NCBI GenBank assembly: GCA_965650035.1
Contig: CBFGMR010000010.1
Coordinates: 2,593 to 66,592 of the forward strand
Origin: an uncultured Pseudoxanthomonas sp.
GTDB lineage: Bacteria > Pseudomonadota > Gammaproteobacteria > Xanthomonadales > Xanthomonadaceae
Length of the DNA: 64,000 nt
Reading direction: 5' to 3'
A program made the position numbers and the translations under genes. Below are positions 18,290-27,936 of this stretch, in pieces (position 1 is the first letter of the stretch; the number at the start of each line of letters is the position of its first letter). The notes below the pieces were generated by a model that searched no databases, was not told where the DNA came from, and worked only from the letters and a program-made list of their open reading frames with translations.

Positions 18290-20758
18290 TCATGCCTTGG
18301 CCATGCCGGTACGCGCGCCCGACCCTGACGGCTTGCCGCCACCCTTTCCTGAACCCTTACGCTGGGCGTAGAACTCGCTGAGCCATTGCTCGGGGCGCAA
18401 TTCGTTGGACAGGACGCCCTGGCTCCGCGCCTGCTCCTCCAGCACTTCATGCATGATCTCGATGTTGTCGGTGGATGCCGAAATCACCGCCAGCGCATCG
18501 TCCATTCCACGCAAATTGAGCTGGCAGACGCTGGACGCATGGCCCTGCTTGACCAGGAAGCAGCGCGAGCGTTCGTCCAGGCTGACCACGACCTGGTATT
18601 CGGCCTCGGTCAGCTTCAGACCGTTGATGTAGTCGTCGCGGCTGGCATTGGGATTGGGCAGCAGGATCATGGTTGCGGTCTGCTCGATCAGCGCCGCGGC
18701 GATGTCGCTGGCCAGCGCGTCTTCCGGGCTCTGGGTCGCGAAGATGCCCAGACCGTTCTGTTTACGGATGGTCTTCTGCTTGTTCTTGGCGAACTCCTTG
18801 AGCCCGCCCTTGCCGTCGAGGATCTTCCAGAATTCGTCCATCACGTAGATCAGGCGACGGCCGTCGATCAGCGCTTCAAGACGGTGCAGCAGATAGTTGA
18901 TGACCGGCACACGCACTTCGGGATTGTCGATGATGTCGGTGTAGTCGAAGCCGATGATGTTGGCTTTCTGCAGATCGATGGTGTCCACCGGGTTGTCGAA
19001 GACCCAACCATGCGAATTGCCCGCGGTCCACTTGCGCATGCGGGCGAACAGCCCGTCGTCGCCCATGTTGGGCAGGCTCTTCTGGAAATTGGTCATGCTG
19101 CGCAGGTGCATGGGAGTGTCGAGCATGTTCTCGACCGCGCGGAAGATGTCTTCTTCTTCGCGCGAGGTGTAGCTGGCCTTCCCACCCAGCACCTTCATCA
19201 GGTCGGCCAGGAACTGCGTATTGGCATCGTTGCGCTCGCACTGGAACGGATTGAAACCGGTAGGCCGGCCGTTCTCCAGCGCCAGATAATTGCCGCCGCA
19301 GGCGCGCACGAAGATTTCGGCGCCGCGGTCCTTGTCGAAGAAGAAAATGGTCGGGGCGGGATCCAGTTTCTGGACCTGGCTGAGCAGGAAGTTGATCAGC
19401 GCGGTCTTGCCGGTACCGGACTTGCCGATGACCATGGTATTGGCGATGGCCTTCTCGCCCAACGAGTTCTCCGCCGGATGGGTGGCGTGGAAATTGAAGT
19501 AGTAGGGCTGTCCGTTGGTGGTCTGCAGCGTGGTGACGCACTCGCCCCAGGGATTGTTTTCCTTCTTGCCGGACGCGAAGTTGTGCAACGGCGACAGGCC
19601 GAGGAAGTTGAGCGAGCTGATATTGGCCAGGCGGGTGCGGTTCTTCCAGTTGCCCGGAATCTGCGAATAGAACGAGGACGCTACCGCCAGGTCTTCCTTG
19701 GTGGAGACGAATCCGGCATTGGAAAGTTCCGCGCGCGCGGTGGCGGTGTTCTGCGAGAGCTTTTCCTGGGAATCGGCGTACAGCGCCAAAGTGAAGTGAT
19801 ACTCGCCCAGCACGAAGTTGCCCGAAGCCAGCTGATCCATCGCATGGTCCAGCTCCACGATCTGGCTGACCGCCTTGTCGCCGGAAGAAATCATCATGCC
19901 CTTGGTGCGGTCCAGCACCTTGAGCGCATCCTGGCGGCCGATCGGACTGAAGGAGTGGGTTATCACATAATCGAAGTCCAGGTACTTCAGTCCATTGAGA
20001 ATGCCCGGATAGGTACCGTCGGTGTATTCCTTGATATTGAGGATGGCGCCGAAATGATTGACGCCATTGGGCGTGTTGATGATGAAGTCGCCGGTCTTGT
20101 CAGAGAACATGTGCCGGCTGACCGGCAAATAGCCGTTCACCGGCGCGCTGAGCACCGGCACCGGCTCGTCGATGCGGTTCAGCAGATAGCCGAAGAATTC
20201 CAAAGCCTCGGAGAACACCACCCCGTTGCTGGCTTCGTACATGCCCAACCGGTAGGGCGAATAATCCTTGAGCACGGCTTCCAGATTGCCCGCCAGCTCC
20301 TGGATCTTGGCGATGGCCTGATCCTGTTCGGACTGCAGCTGGGCGATGTTGGTGGATTTTTCCACCAGCCGCTTACCCGTCACCACCGGCCGGTAGATCA
20401 TGGTCAGGTACAGCTCGTTCTGCATGATCTTCTGCGAGGACAGCGACTCGAAGTAAGCGTCCGACATGTCCTGATTGAAGGCCTGCCCGAACTTGCTGCG
20501 GTCGTTGATGCGCCGCTTGCGGCGCACGTCATGCACCCAGAACGCCAGGTTGGCGAAGTCCGGTGCGCGCAGGGTCTGCAGCATGCGGTTGAAGGTGTTG
20601 TGCCGGTGCTCGATCTCCCACTCGTCCCGGCCGACGAAAGGCAGCCCGCCCAGATGCCACACCAGCAGGTAATCGCCACCGGTGGTCTTGATCACCGAGG
20701 GCGATACGTGGGTGGAGAGCGGGATGAATTCGCTGATGGAGGTGTCGGGTGTGAACAT
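18290..20758 (-). CDS. virB4: T4SS ATPase VirB4
   Basis: 822 aa; Walker A GKSGTGKT, FDKDRG, Walker B YVMDEFW, RKQNG...ATQSP. Confidence 0.97.
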   Translation of the reverse strand: MFTPDTSISEFIPLSTHVSPSVIKTTGGDYLLVWHLGGLPFVGRDEWEIEHRHNTFNRMLQTLRAPDFANLAFWVHDVRRKRRINDRSKFGQAFNQDMSDAYFESLSSQKIMQNELYLTMIYRPVVTGKRLVEKSTNIAQLQSEQDQAIAKIQELAGNLEAVLKDYSPYRLGMYEASNGVVFSEALEFFGYLLNRIDEPVPVLSAPVNGYLPVSRHMFSDKTGDFIINTPNGVNHFGAILNIKEYTDGTYPGILNGLKYLDFDYVITHSFSPIGRQDALKVLDRTKGMMISSGDKAVSQIVELDHAMDQLASGNFVLGEYHFTLALYADSQEKLSQNTATARAELSNAGFVSTKEDLAVASSFYSQIPGNWKNRTRLANISSLNFLGLSPLHNFASGKKENNPWGECVTTLQTTNGQPYYFNFHATHPAENSLGEKAIANTMVIGKSGTGKTALINFLLSQVQKLDPAPTIFFFDKDRGAEIFVRACGGNYLALENGRPTGFNPFQCERNDANTQFLADLMKVLGGKASYTSREEEDIFRAVENMLDTPMHLRSMTNFQKSLPNMGDDGLFARMRKWTAGNSHGWVFDNPVDTIDLQKANIIGFDYTDIIDNPEVRVPVINYLLHRLEALIDGRRLIYVMDEFWKILDGKGGLKEFAKNKQKTIRKQNGLGIFATQSPEDALASDIAAALIEQTATMILLPNPNASRDDYINGLKLTEAEYQVVVSLDERSRCFLVKQGHASSVCQLNLRGMDDALAVISASTDNIEIMHEVLEEQARSQGVLSNELRPEQWLSEFYAQRKGSGKGGGKPSGSGARTGMAKA

Positions 20759-20827
20759 ACGTTAGCGGATCATGTGTCAGTGGATCTCGAAATTACGGGA
20801 GCACTCGGAAAAAATGGACTGCCAAGC

Positions 20828-21136
20828 CTAGCGGTCCTTCGCAGGCTTGGCACGGTAGCTGTTGGGCGAGAACACCCACATTCCCGAGTGATGCTTCAGG
20901 TTCCTGGCCTTGAACTTGAACTGCAGCCGCAAGCCCAGCATGCGGAAGATCATCTCGTCCCGCCTGGCCATCTGTCGCATGACGAAGATGACCGGTGGCA
21001 ACAGCATCAAACAGAACATGTTGATGTAGAAGGTCAGCAGGATGCACGTCCCGGCCGCGAGGAAGAACGGCATGTAGGGCACGCCCATGAACATGGCCGG
21101 GCGCGTGCAGCCCCTGAACAACACATTCTTATGCAT
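20828..21136 (-). CDS. virB3: T4SS protein VirB3
   Basis: LFRGCTRPAMFMGVP motif, two TM segments, overlaps virB2 stop. Confidence 0.92.
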   Translation of the reverse strand: MHKNVLFRGCTRPAMFMGVPYMPFFLAAGTCILLTFYINMFCLMLLPPVIFVMRQMARRDEMIFRMLGLRLQFKFKARNLKHHSGMWVFSPNSYRAKPAKDR

Positions 21137-21521
21137 AGAACATGAGGGCGTTGATCAGCATGCCGCCGGCCGGTGCTCCACCTTCTTCAAGCGTGTTGTC
21201 GCCCAGCAGCATTCTTGCGATCTGGGCCGCGGCGCCGATCAGAAAGCCGCCGATCAACACCGGCGCCACATCGGAAATTCGCTTGTGGGCGAAGGCGATC
21301 TGATAGCCCGCGAATATCACCGCGATGGTGACCACGGCGATCGAGGCGATGTTGAGCAGCGAATTGAGGTTTCCGAAGAACTCCTCGACTCTATCGGTCG
21401 CCTCCTGCGCCATGGCCATGCCCGGCATCGCCAGGACGGCGACGAACACCACTGCCATGAGCATCGGCGAGAGGATTTTCTTGGCCTGATCGCTGGAGGC
21501 CTTTGGGAATACGGGTTTCAT
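21129..21521 (-). CDS. virB2: T4SS major pilin VirB2
   Basis: TrbC/VirB2 pattern (IAVVTIAVIFAGYQIAF...VLIGGFLIGAA); AAGGAG 9 nt before ATG 21521. Confidence 0.9.
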   Translation of the reverse strand: MKPVFPKASSDQAKKILSPMLMAVVFVAVLAMPGMAMAQEATDRVEEFFGNLNSLLNIASIAVVTIAVIFAGYQIAFAHKRISDVAPVLIGGFLIGAAAQIARMLLGDNTLEEGGAPAGGMLINALMFYA

Positions 21522-21596
21522 TCGTGTCATCTCCTTGGGTTGATTGCTAAACAAAAACAAGCGGCGGGGGTATCCATGATTCCGCTATTGGGAACG

Positions 21597-22385
21597 CTAG
21601 AAAACGAATGCCGCATCGACCGCGGGCAATTCCGCTGCGGTCGTCTGGGAGACGGCAGGGCCGTCCGCGGCGACAGATACTTGGGCCGGTTGCGCACCGG
21701 CCTGCATGCTTTGCAGAACTATGGGCTGCTCCTGCGGAGTGGCCGATACGCGCATCAGGGCGGCCTGCGACGCGTCCGGCACCGCGATGGGCTGGGGCGC
21801 AATCTGGCGCGCAGGTGGGGCTGCGGCCGTCGCGGGAGCCTGGGCGGGCGCAGCGTATACGGGATAGCGGGTCACCCCGATCGTGCGCCGCGACGGCTTG
21901 CTGACCACGGGAATGGCCTGGCCCTGCGGTGCGCTGGCCGAGCCCGGCGCGGTCTGGCGCATCGAAGCGTAGATCTTCTGCACATAGCCGTGGCGATAGC
22001 CGGTAACGAAGTTGCCGGAGTAGTAGCAACTGAACGATTTTCCCCAGTCGCCGCCCGAGCGACCGTAGCACTCGGCCAGAATGCGCGAGCCCGCTTGCAG
22101 GTTGGGGCAGACCTCGAAAGCCTTCTCATAGGAGTTGAGGCCGTACTTGCCCAGGTTGTAGCGATTCACCTGGGCTACGCCCAGCGAGAAATTGAAACCG
22201 CGGCTCTCCAGCATGCGTACGGTGGCGAGCGCTTCCGGCAGGTTCTTCGGCTGCCGCACCAAGTGCCCGCCGACCACGCCGATGGCATACCGGTTGTGCG
22301 AGGATTCTACGCGCACGACGTGATGCATCACCTCCGGCGGAACCGCCAGTTCGGGGCAACTCATTAGCTCCATGCCAGGTAACAC
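21597..22385 (-). CDS. virB1: T4SS lytic transglycosylase VirB1
   Basis: VRVESSHN, SLGVAQVN, SCYYSG motifs; GGAGG RBS before GTG. Confidence 0.92.
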   Translation of the reverse strand: MLPGMELMSCPELAVPPEVMHHVVRVESSHNRYAIGVVGGHLVRQPKNLPEALATVRMLESRGFNFSLGVAQVNRYNLGKYGLNSYEKAFEVCPNLQAGSRILAECYGRSGGDWGKSFSCYYSGNFVTGYRHGYVQKIYASMRQTAPGSASAPQGQAIPVVSKPSRRTIGVTRYPVYAAPAQAPATAAAPPARQIAPQPIAVPDASQAALMRVSATPQEQPIVLQSMQAGAQPAQVSVAADGPAVSQTTAAELPAVDAAFVF

Positions 22386-22687
22386 CGCGTACTCCTCCGT
22401 TACACGCTTATCGCTATCCGACGATCATTCGACAAAGCATGTGGAGTTCCACAGCCTTTCGAGTTCATTGCCGATATCCCTGCGCCCATATTTCATGAGC
22501 ACCCTAGTGTTGTCAACTTAATGCAGCCGCAAAATTCTGTAGGAAAAAGATTACATATCTACTTGTTGTGTGCCTGCTCTCACCATAAAGGCGTCTGCTA
22601 TCGGTAGCATTTTCTGTTTCAGGAAAAAAATGCCAACCCAGGTAACCAATCGGCTAGAATTTAGAGACGGCGGACACATTTTTGGCG

Positions 22688-23725
22688 TTACTCGGCGAAC
22701 GTTCTCTCCGGATTGAAGTCGATGCCCGTGATGTTGCGCTGGCCCGCGTGAGCCTTGATGTGCACCAGGATGTCGATGGTCATCATGAGCAGGCGCTTGA
22801 TGATGGCGAACTCCAACCCGGCGCCTTCCGCGGAGGCTTTCACCATCAACGCCAGCTGGTCCCAGGTCTGGGTGGTGCTGCCGGCATGGCAGCTGGTGAT
22901 GGAGCCCGGATGGCCCGAGGCGCAGTTGCGTATGAAGTAGAAGGATTCGTCGCCGCGCAGCTCGGCCAGGATTATGCGGTCCGGCTTCATGCGCAGGCAG
23001 GCTTCCATGCAGCTCTTGGCGGTGACGTTGCTGGTGCTCTGCCCTCCCTTGGAATAGAGCAGGTGCACCGCATTGGGCTGGGTGATGAACAGTTCGCGCG
23101 CGTCTTCGATGGTGACCAGGCGCTCATCGGCGGGGATATGGTTGACCAGCGATTTCATGAAGGTGGTCTTGCCGCTGCCGGTGGCGCCGGAAACCACTAT
23201 GTTCTTCTTGTATAGAACCGCTTTCTTGAAGAACTCGGCGTAGTTGCGCGAATACTTCAGCTCCAGCAGTTCCCGGTCGTGCTCGCCCAGCGTGTGGCCC
23301 TGCTCCAGGATCTGGTCGAAGAAACCGTCTTCCTGGTATTGCTGCAGCGATTTGGTGTGCTTGGACGGCAGGCGGATGGTGATGGAAACCTTGCCGGCGT
23401 CGCAGGCGGGCGGAATCACGAACTGCGCGCGCTGGCCGGTGGGAAAGGTCAGCGATACGACCGGATCGGTGTCGGTGATGCGCTGGCCGGTATTGCTTTC
23501 ATTGACCACGGCGGTGCAGAACTGCCGGGCGCGTTCGAAATTCAGGCCCGGCACCTCGATGCGCTGCCAACCTTGCCGGGTTTCCAGATAGATTTCTCCC
23601 GGCTTGTTGATGCAGATTTCGGTGACCTCCGGGGAGCTCATGTACTCCAGGATTCCCAGCACTTCGTACTGGTAGTCCAGGAATTGGCTGGAGACCCGCG
23701 CTACCGGTGAGTTGTCGATGTCCAT
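22688..23725 (-). CDS. virB11: T4SS ATPase VirB11
   Basis: Walker A GATGSGKT, TIEDAREL, LRMKPDRIILAELRG, GHPGSITSCH. Confidence 0.97.
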   Translation of the reverse strand: MDIDNSPVARVSSQFLDYQYEVLGILEYMSSPEVTEICINKPGEIYLETRQGWQRIEVPGLNFERARQFCTAVVNESNTGQRITDTDPVVSLTFPTGQRAQFVIPPACDAGKVSITIRLPSKHTKSLQQYQEDGFFDQILEQGHTLGEHDRELLELKYSRNYAEFFKKAVLYKKNIVVSGATGSGKTTFMKSLVNHIPADERLVTIEDARELFITQPNAVHLLYSKGGQSTSNVTAKSCMEACLRMKPDRIILAELRGDESFYFIRNCASGHPGSITSCHAGSTTQTWDQLALMVKASAEGAGLEFAIIKRLLMMTIDILVHIKAHAGQRNITGIDFNPERTFAE

Positions 23726-23740
23726 GGCATAAGGCCCGCG

Positions 23741-25003
23741 TCAGTTGCGGGCCAGTACCCCGGTGAAGTCCACGTCCTTGGAAACGTAAACGTTGACTAC
23801 CGTGCCCTGGTTGATGGTGACCGTGGGCGGACGGTTGATGCTCTTGTCCAGCGCCTGGTTGGCCAGACGTTCCATGGTCCGCGCGGTGCTGCTTTCGAAA
23901 GGAGTCTCCAGCACGTTTCCGTTGGAGATGGTGGTGGTACGGGGACCGTTTTCGGCGGCCGCGTAGCTGAAGGCGTCGCTGATCAGGCTGATCATCAGCG
24001 CCGATGCGATGCGGCTGCCCCAGTGCGCGTTGTATTTGCCCGGATGGCCGGCACCGCCAAGATTGTCCACGCCGGGGCTGGCCATGTTGACGTCGATGCC
24101 GTTGGGAGTGGTGATGCGGTCCCAGATCACAGCGACCCGCGGCCCCGTGGCGCCGGCATTGTTGTATTTGCCGGAAATCTTGGAGCCCTTCGGCAGCAGC
24201 AGGCTGCGGCCGTTGATCGAGTAGACCGGCTCGGTGACCACGCACGAGGTGAAGCCAGGTATGTCGGTGACGATGCGGGTTTCAAGCACGCAACGGATGT
24301 AGGTGCCGCGAACCAGCAGGGCATCGGGCCGGTAGATGTATTGCGCCGAAGCGACCTCGTCCTGCGGGGGCGGTTGCGCGGCCGCCGGGTTGCCCGTCAT
24401 GCCGGCAGCCATCATGGCTTGCATATAGGCATCCTTCTTCGCGGCATCGCTGCCGCCTTCACCGCCGCCACTGCCTGCGCCGGCGCCGTTCATCATCCTG
24501 CGCTCCATCAAGGTCGGCTCGCGCGGCTGCGATTGCGCTCCGTATCCGTCCGATGGGTAAGCGCTGGGCTGTGCGGGCTCGGGCGGCAGCGGAGGCATCG
24601 CCGGTTCGGCGGCGTACTGTTCCATCGGGATCGGCGCGACCGGCTCGGCGCTTTGCGGCTCTGCGTTGCCGGGCAATTCGGGGATCACCACTTTTTCTTC
24701 CCGCGGCTTGGCGACTTCGTCCTTGCCGGAGGTAGCGCTCTTGAACATCCATACCGCAGCGACGATCAGCAGCAGGACGATGCCCCCCAGGAACAGCAAT
24801 GCCTTGCGGTTGAGCTTCTGCAGATCGTTGGACCGCAGCTGCGGGGCGTTCGCGTCGAGATCAGGCGCGGCGCTGCTTTGCTGGTTGGCGTAATAGGGAT
24901 TGCCGGCTTGCGCGGGCGCCTCCGTATCGCGATTGGGCTGCGGATCCGGATCGCCGTCGTCGTAAGGGCGGCCGGAGGAATTGGGCGGCAAATTCTGGTT
25001 CAT
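23741..25003 (-). CDS. virB10: T4SS core-complex protein VirB10
   Basis: TM, Pro-rich linker, LLVRGTYIRCVLET, LGGAG, TVTINQG TrbI motifs. Confidence 0.95.
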   Translation of the reverse strand: MNQNLPPNSSGRPYDDGDPDPQPNRDTEAPAQAGNPYYANQQSSAAPDLDANAPQLRSNDLQKLNRKALLFLGGIVLLLIVAAVWMFKSATSGKDEVAKPREEKVVIPELPGNAEPQSAEPVAPIPMEQYAAEPAMPPLPPEPAQPSAYPSDGYGAQSQPREPTLMERRMMNGAGAGSGGGEGGSDAAKKDAYMQAMMAAGMTGNPAAAQPPPQDEVASAQYIYRPDALLVRGTYIRCVLETRIVTDIPGFTSCVVTEPVYSINGRSLLLPKGSKISGKYNNAGATGPRVAVIWDRITTPNGIDVNMASPGVDNLGGAGHPGKYNAHWGSRIASALMISLISDAFSYAAAENGPRTTTISNGNVLETPFESSTARTMERLANQALDKSINRPPTVTINQGTVVNVYVSKDVDFTGVLARN

Positions 25004-25758
25004 TGTGCTTTGTTCCTACGCAGGCCGACGACATTCTTGCCGTGCCGGATGACCAAGAAGGGATAGGTGCCGTGCACGATCAGTGTGTTGTTTTCGACCG
25101 TGGTGTTGACCACGAAATCTTCGCCGCCTTCGCGTTCGCGGCCGAAGACCGCGGGGAAGTTTCCGGTAGGGAAGGCTTTCAGGTCGCTCATCTTGACGTA
25201 GGTGAATTGGCCGTCGTCGTAGACGTTGGTGGGAATCAGCCAGGCCTGCTTGGTACGCGTCGAATAGTCGTAGTCGAAGTTGTAGAGCCTGTCCTTGTCC
25301 AGCTTGGTGCTGAGTTGCGGCGCGCTTTCGTCCGCCTCGGCAGCGAACTCGATGTCGTTGGGGTAAGCGAAGGTGATCTTGTATTGCACGCCCGCCTGCT
25401 TGGCCTGGCTGAGCGCGGTCCAATCGGTGGCCACGACCTTCAGTTCGAAGATGTAGGAATGGGTGGCGGTGCGGATCACCATGTTGGTGTCCACGTCCAC
25501 GTTCTTCGGCTTGAGATAGAACACGTTCTCGCGACGTGTCAGGTCCCAGCCGGCGCTGAAACCGGTGCTGAAATCCAGAATCTTCTCGTTGGGGCTCAGC
25601 TCGATCTGGGTGGTGATGCCCAGACCGGTGCGCACTTCATAAATGCGGTCCGGCTCGTATTCGTACTGTTGCACGACCTGCGCGCTGGCCGGCAGCGCAG
25701 CGCCGATGATCGCCGCATGCAGGATCACTGCCAGGCAATGCTTGCTCAAGCGATTCAT
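25000..25758 (-). CDS. virB9: T4SS core-complex protein VirB9
   Basis: Signal peptide; TTQIELSP.E.I, VYDDGQFTY motifs; overlaps virB10 start. Confidence 0.95.
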   Translation of the reverse strand: MNRLSKHCLAVILHAAIIGAALPASAQVVQQYEYEPDRIYEVRTGLGITTQIELSPNEKILDFSTGFSAGWDLTRRENVFYLKPKNVDVDTNMVIRTATHSYIFELKVVATDWTALSQAKQAGVQYKITFAYPNDIEFAAEADESAPQLSTKLDKDRLYNFDYDYSTRTKQAWLIPTNVYDDGQFTYVKMSDLKAFPTGNFPAVFGREREGGEDFVVNTTVENNTLIVHGTYPFLVIRHGKNVVGLRRNKAQ

Positions 25759-26690
25759 TGGTTGATGGCCCCGTTGGCATTGTTGGAATTGGGAGCGGCG
25801 GCCGGCGGAGCGGCGGACGCGGGATTGCCTGGCTGGCCCGCCGGGTCGGCGGCCTCGGCGGGTATTGCACCGGCGTCCGCTGGTGGCGCGACAGGCAGCG
25901 CGGGATTGGGCGCCTGCGGCAGCGGCTGCGTTTCCGTTTCTTCCGGCGGTGTGGCGGTGAAGCCGCTGTCGTCGTAATCCCTGTCGACGCGGTAATTGGT
26001 GACCTGGAATCCGAGCGGATTCTCGATGCGGTATTTTTCTTCCATCTTCAGGTTCGACTTGTAGGTGAACTCCATGGTGGCGATGTTGCTGTCCAGCGGC
26101 TTGGCCGTGCCTGACGGCTTGTCATAAAGACTGCGCTGGAAGCGGACGGTCGCGCCCTTGGGCCATGTCTTGGCCGATCCGCCTATGAGCGAAATGCTGA
26201 GGATCTTGACCCGCACCGCCTTGTTCTTGCCGTAGACGTTGAACGGGCTGGTGGGGCTTTTCGGGTTGTGCAGGTTGGTATAGACCGCCGCCACGTCCGG
26301 CGAGGCCATGGTGTACACCGTGGTGCGGTCGCGCAGGTTCATCAACGCGACGTCGTAGGACTCCCGCGCGAGCAGGAAGTGGGCGACATTGCTGCGATTG
26401 ACCGCCTCTTTGGTAGTGATGCTGCGATGGTCGGCATCCTGGGTAAGGCGCGCTACCGAGCTGGTGCCGGTATAGGCGTCGGCCATGATCAGGTAGGGCA
26501 CTTTTTCCTTGAGCGGCAGCATGTAGAAATAGCCCGCCGCCAGGATAAGCGACAGGGCGATGGCGCCCGACGCCACCAACCAGGCCCTGCGCTCGCTACG
26601 CCTGGCCATGTCGGCCAGCGTGATCTCGAAATTGACCGCCTTGGAGACCGCGCTGTCGATCTGCGGCGATGAAGCTTTCTTCCCGAACAT
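25755..26690 (-). CDS. virB8: T4SS protein VirB8
   Basis: N-terminal TM, LPLKEKVPY, NPLGFQVTNYR motifs; Pro/Ala-rich tail. Confidence 0.95.
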   Translation of the reverse strand: MFGKKASSPQIDSAVSKAVNFEITLADMARRSERRAWLVASGAIALSLILAAGYFYMLPLKEKVPYLIMADAYTGTSSVARLTQDADHRSITTKEAVNRSNVAHFLLARESYDVALMNLRDRTTVYTMASPDVAAVYTNLHNPKSPTSPFNVYGKNKAVRVKILSISLIGGSAKTWPKGATVRFQRSLYDKPSGTAKPLDSNIATMEFTYKSNLKMEEKYRIENPLGFQVTNYRVDRDYDDSGFTATPPEETETQPLPQAPNPALPVAPPADAGAIPAEAADPAGQPGNPASAAPPAAAPNSNNANGAINQ

Positions 26691-26748
26691 CAATTTGATT
26701 CCTCGAAGCCGCTATGTGAACACCGATGCGAAAACATTCCGGCCATGC

Positions 26749-27183
26749 TCAGGGTGTGGTCGCCGAAGTGTCTTCGCCGGCCTGGGCCACGCGGACGACG
26801 ATCTGGTTGTCGCTGGCCGTGACCGATACCTGTTGTCCGGCATAGGCGGCGGTGAGTTGCGAAACCGCCGCCTGCAGGTCGTTGGTCTGGATCTGCGCCA
26901 CTGGTCCGTACAGCGTGAAATCCGAAGGATGCAGATACGACAAGGTCATTTTCGAGTCGGTCGCCCAGCGTGTAAGCATGTTCTTGAGCGTCCCGTCCAT
27001 GGGCGAGGAATGGAACACGTAGGACCGGTACAGAGGAATCGCTTCGGCCGACGTCGCGTAACGATTCACTGTTTTCCAGCGGCCGCCGAAATCCGGCGCC
27101 GGCCGTGTGGCGCATCCGGACAATGCAACAACCAGCAAGATCAACACGCACCAGCAGCGACCAGCCATATTCTTATGTTTCAC
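26749..27183 (-). CDS. virB7: T4SS lipoprotein VirB7 with N0 domain (Xanthomonadales type)
   Basis: LSGCATRPAPDFGGRWKTVNRY matches the long X-T4SS VirB7; N0-like GTLKNMLTRWA. Confidence 0.92.
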   Translation of the reverse strand: MKHKNMAGRCWCVLILLVVALSGCATRPAPDFGGRWKTVNRYATSAEAIPLYRSYVFHSSPMDGTLKNMLTRWATDSKMTLSYLHPSDFTLYGPVAQIQTNDLQAAVSQLTAAYAGQQVSVTASDNQIVVRVAQAGEDTSATTP

Positions 27184-27416
27184 GCTTCACCAACGGATGG
27201 GATTGAAAGGATCGACCGGCGCGACGATGCCGCTCCGCGGCCGGCATGGCTATGGGAACGACAGGCAAGCGAAAAGCGAGAACGCATGCGGTCTGAGTCC
27301 GCAGCGTGTTTTGAAAAGCGAATGGCAAAAGAACGGACCGGACGAGCAAGCCTGTCCTGTCGACAGACGCATCCCGAAACCGCATCGGCAATGACCGCAA
27401 AGGAATATCGCGACAT
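27180..27416 (-). CDS. Possible 78-aa upstream ORF coupled to virB7
   Basis: AGGGAGGTAGGGG before ATG 27416; TGA overlaps virB7 GTG (GTGA); peptide has no recognisable family. Confidence 0.3.
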   Translation of the reverse strand: MSRYSFAVIADAVSGCVCRQDRLARPVRSFAIRFSKHAADSDRMRSRFSLACRSHSHAGRGAASSRRSILSIPSVGEA

Positions 27417-27936
27417 TAGTACCCCTACCTCCCTGGCAGAACGCTCCCTGAAAATTTCCCCGTGGATTGCATCCCTATCCAGCTAGCGGAAGGCGATCAC
27501 GCCTAAGCAGGCGCATGAGCAATCAAGCGGAAAACTAGCTTGATACAACACACATAGTCAAGCACTACTATTGCGCGCATGTTGCATGCGTCGCAGTTCG
27601 AAGTAACCGATTGCGAATTTCGTTGACGAAAAAAGAGCGGTCGGCAACGCGGACACTGGAGTTTTCGTGTCGGATTGATGGGTGAATATCGGTAGCGCAT
27701 AGCTTCCGCACAACCCGAGATATAGGCATTTCAATGCTGAAAATCCATGACCAGCGCCTGCAAGTCATCTTGCGATTCACGACGAAACGCGTAAATGCAC
27801 AACTGTGCATTAGCTCTCACAAACACGAGATCGATAGTCCAGCGAAGCAACGGAAACCCAACCTTTTTCCATGCCGTTATTTTCACATGTACGCCGCTAA
27901 TGTGCCGTCGGTCTCTTTTTCAACCGGACACCGCGC

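Noticed and set aside
18386-21145. 919-aa plus-strand ORF, and similar long ORFs at 8933-10585, 52043-54310 and 52284-54389
   Set aside because: They are antisense or alternate-frame shadows of clear genes (virB4, effector, TonB receptor), expected from GC-rich codon bias; no motifs of their own.
27538-27563. GCTTGA-N14-TCAAGC inverted repeat upstream of virB7
   Set aside because: Six-bp arms are too short to distinguish from chance without comparative data.
5100-27936. Interpretation of the virB cluster as a conjugative element/ICE
   Set aside because: No relaxase, integrase, tRNA or flanking direct repeats were seen; gene order, long VirB7 and XVIPCD effectors indicate the chromosomal killing type.
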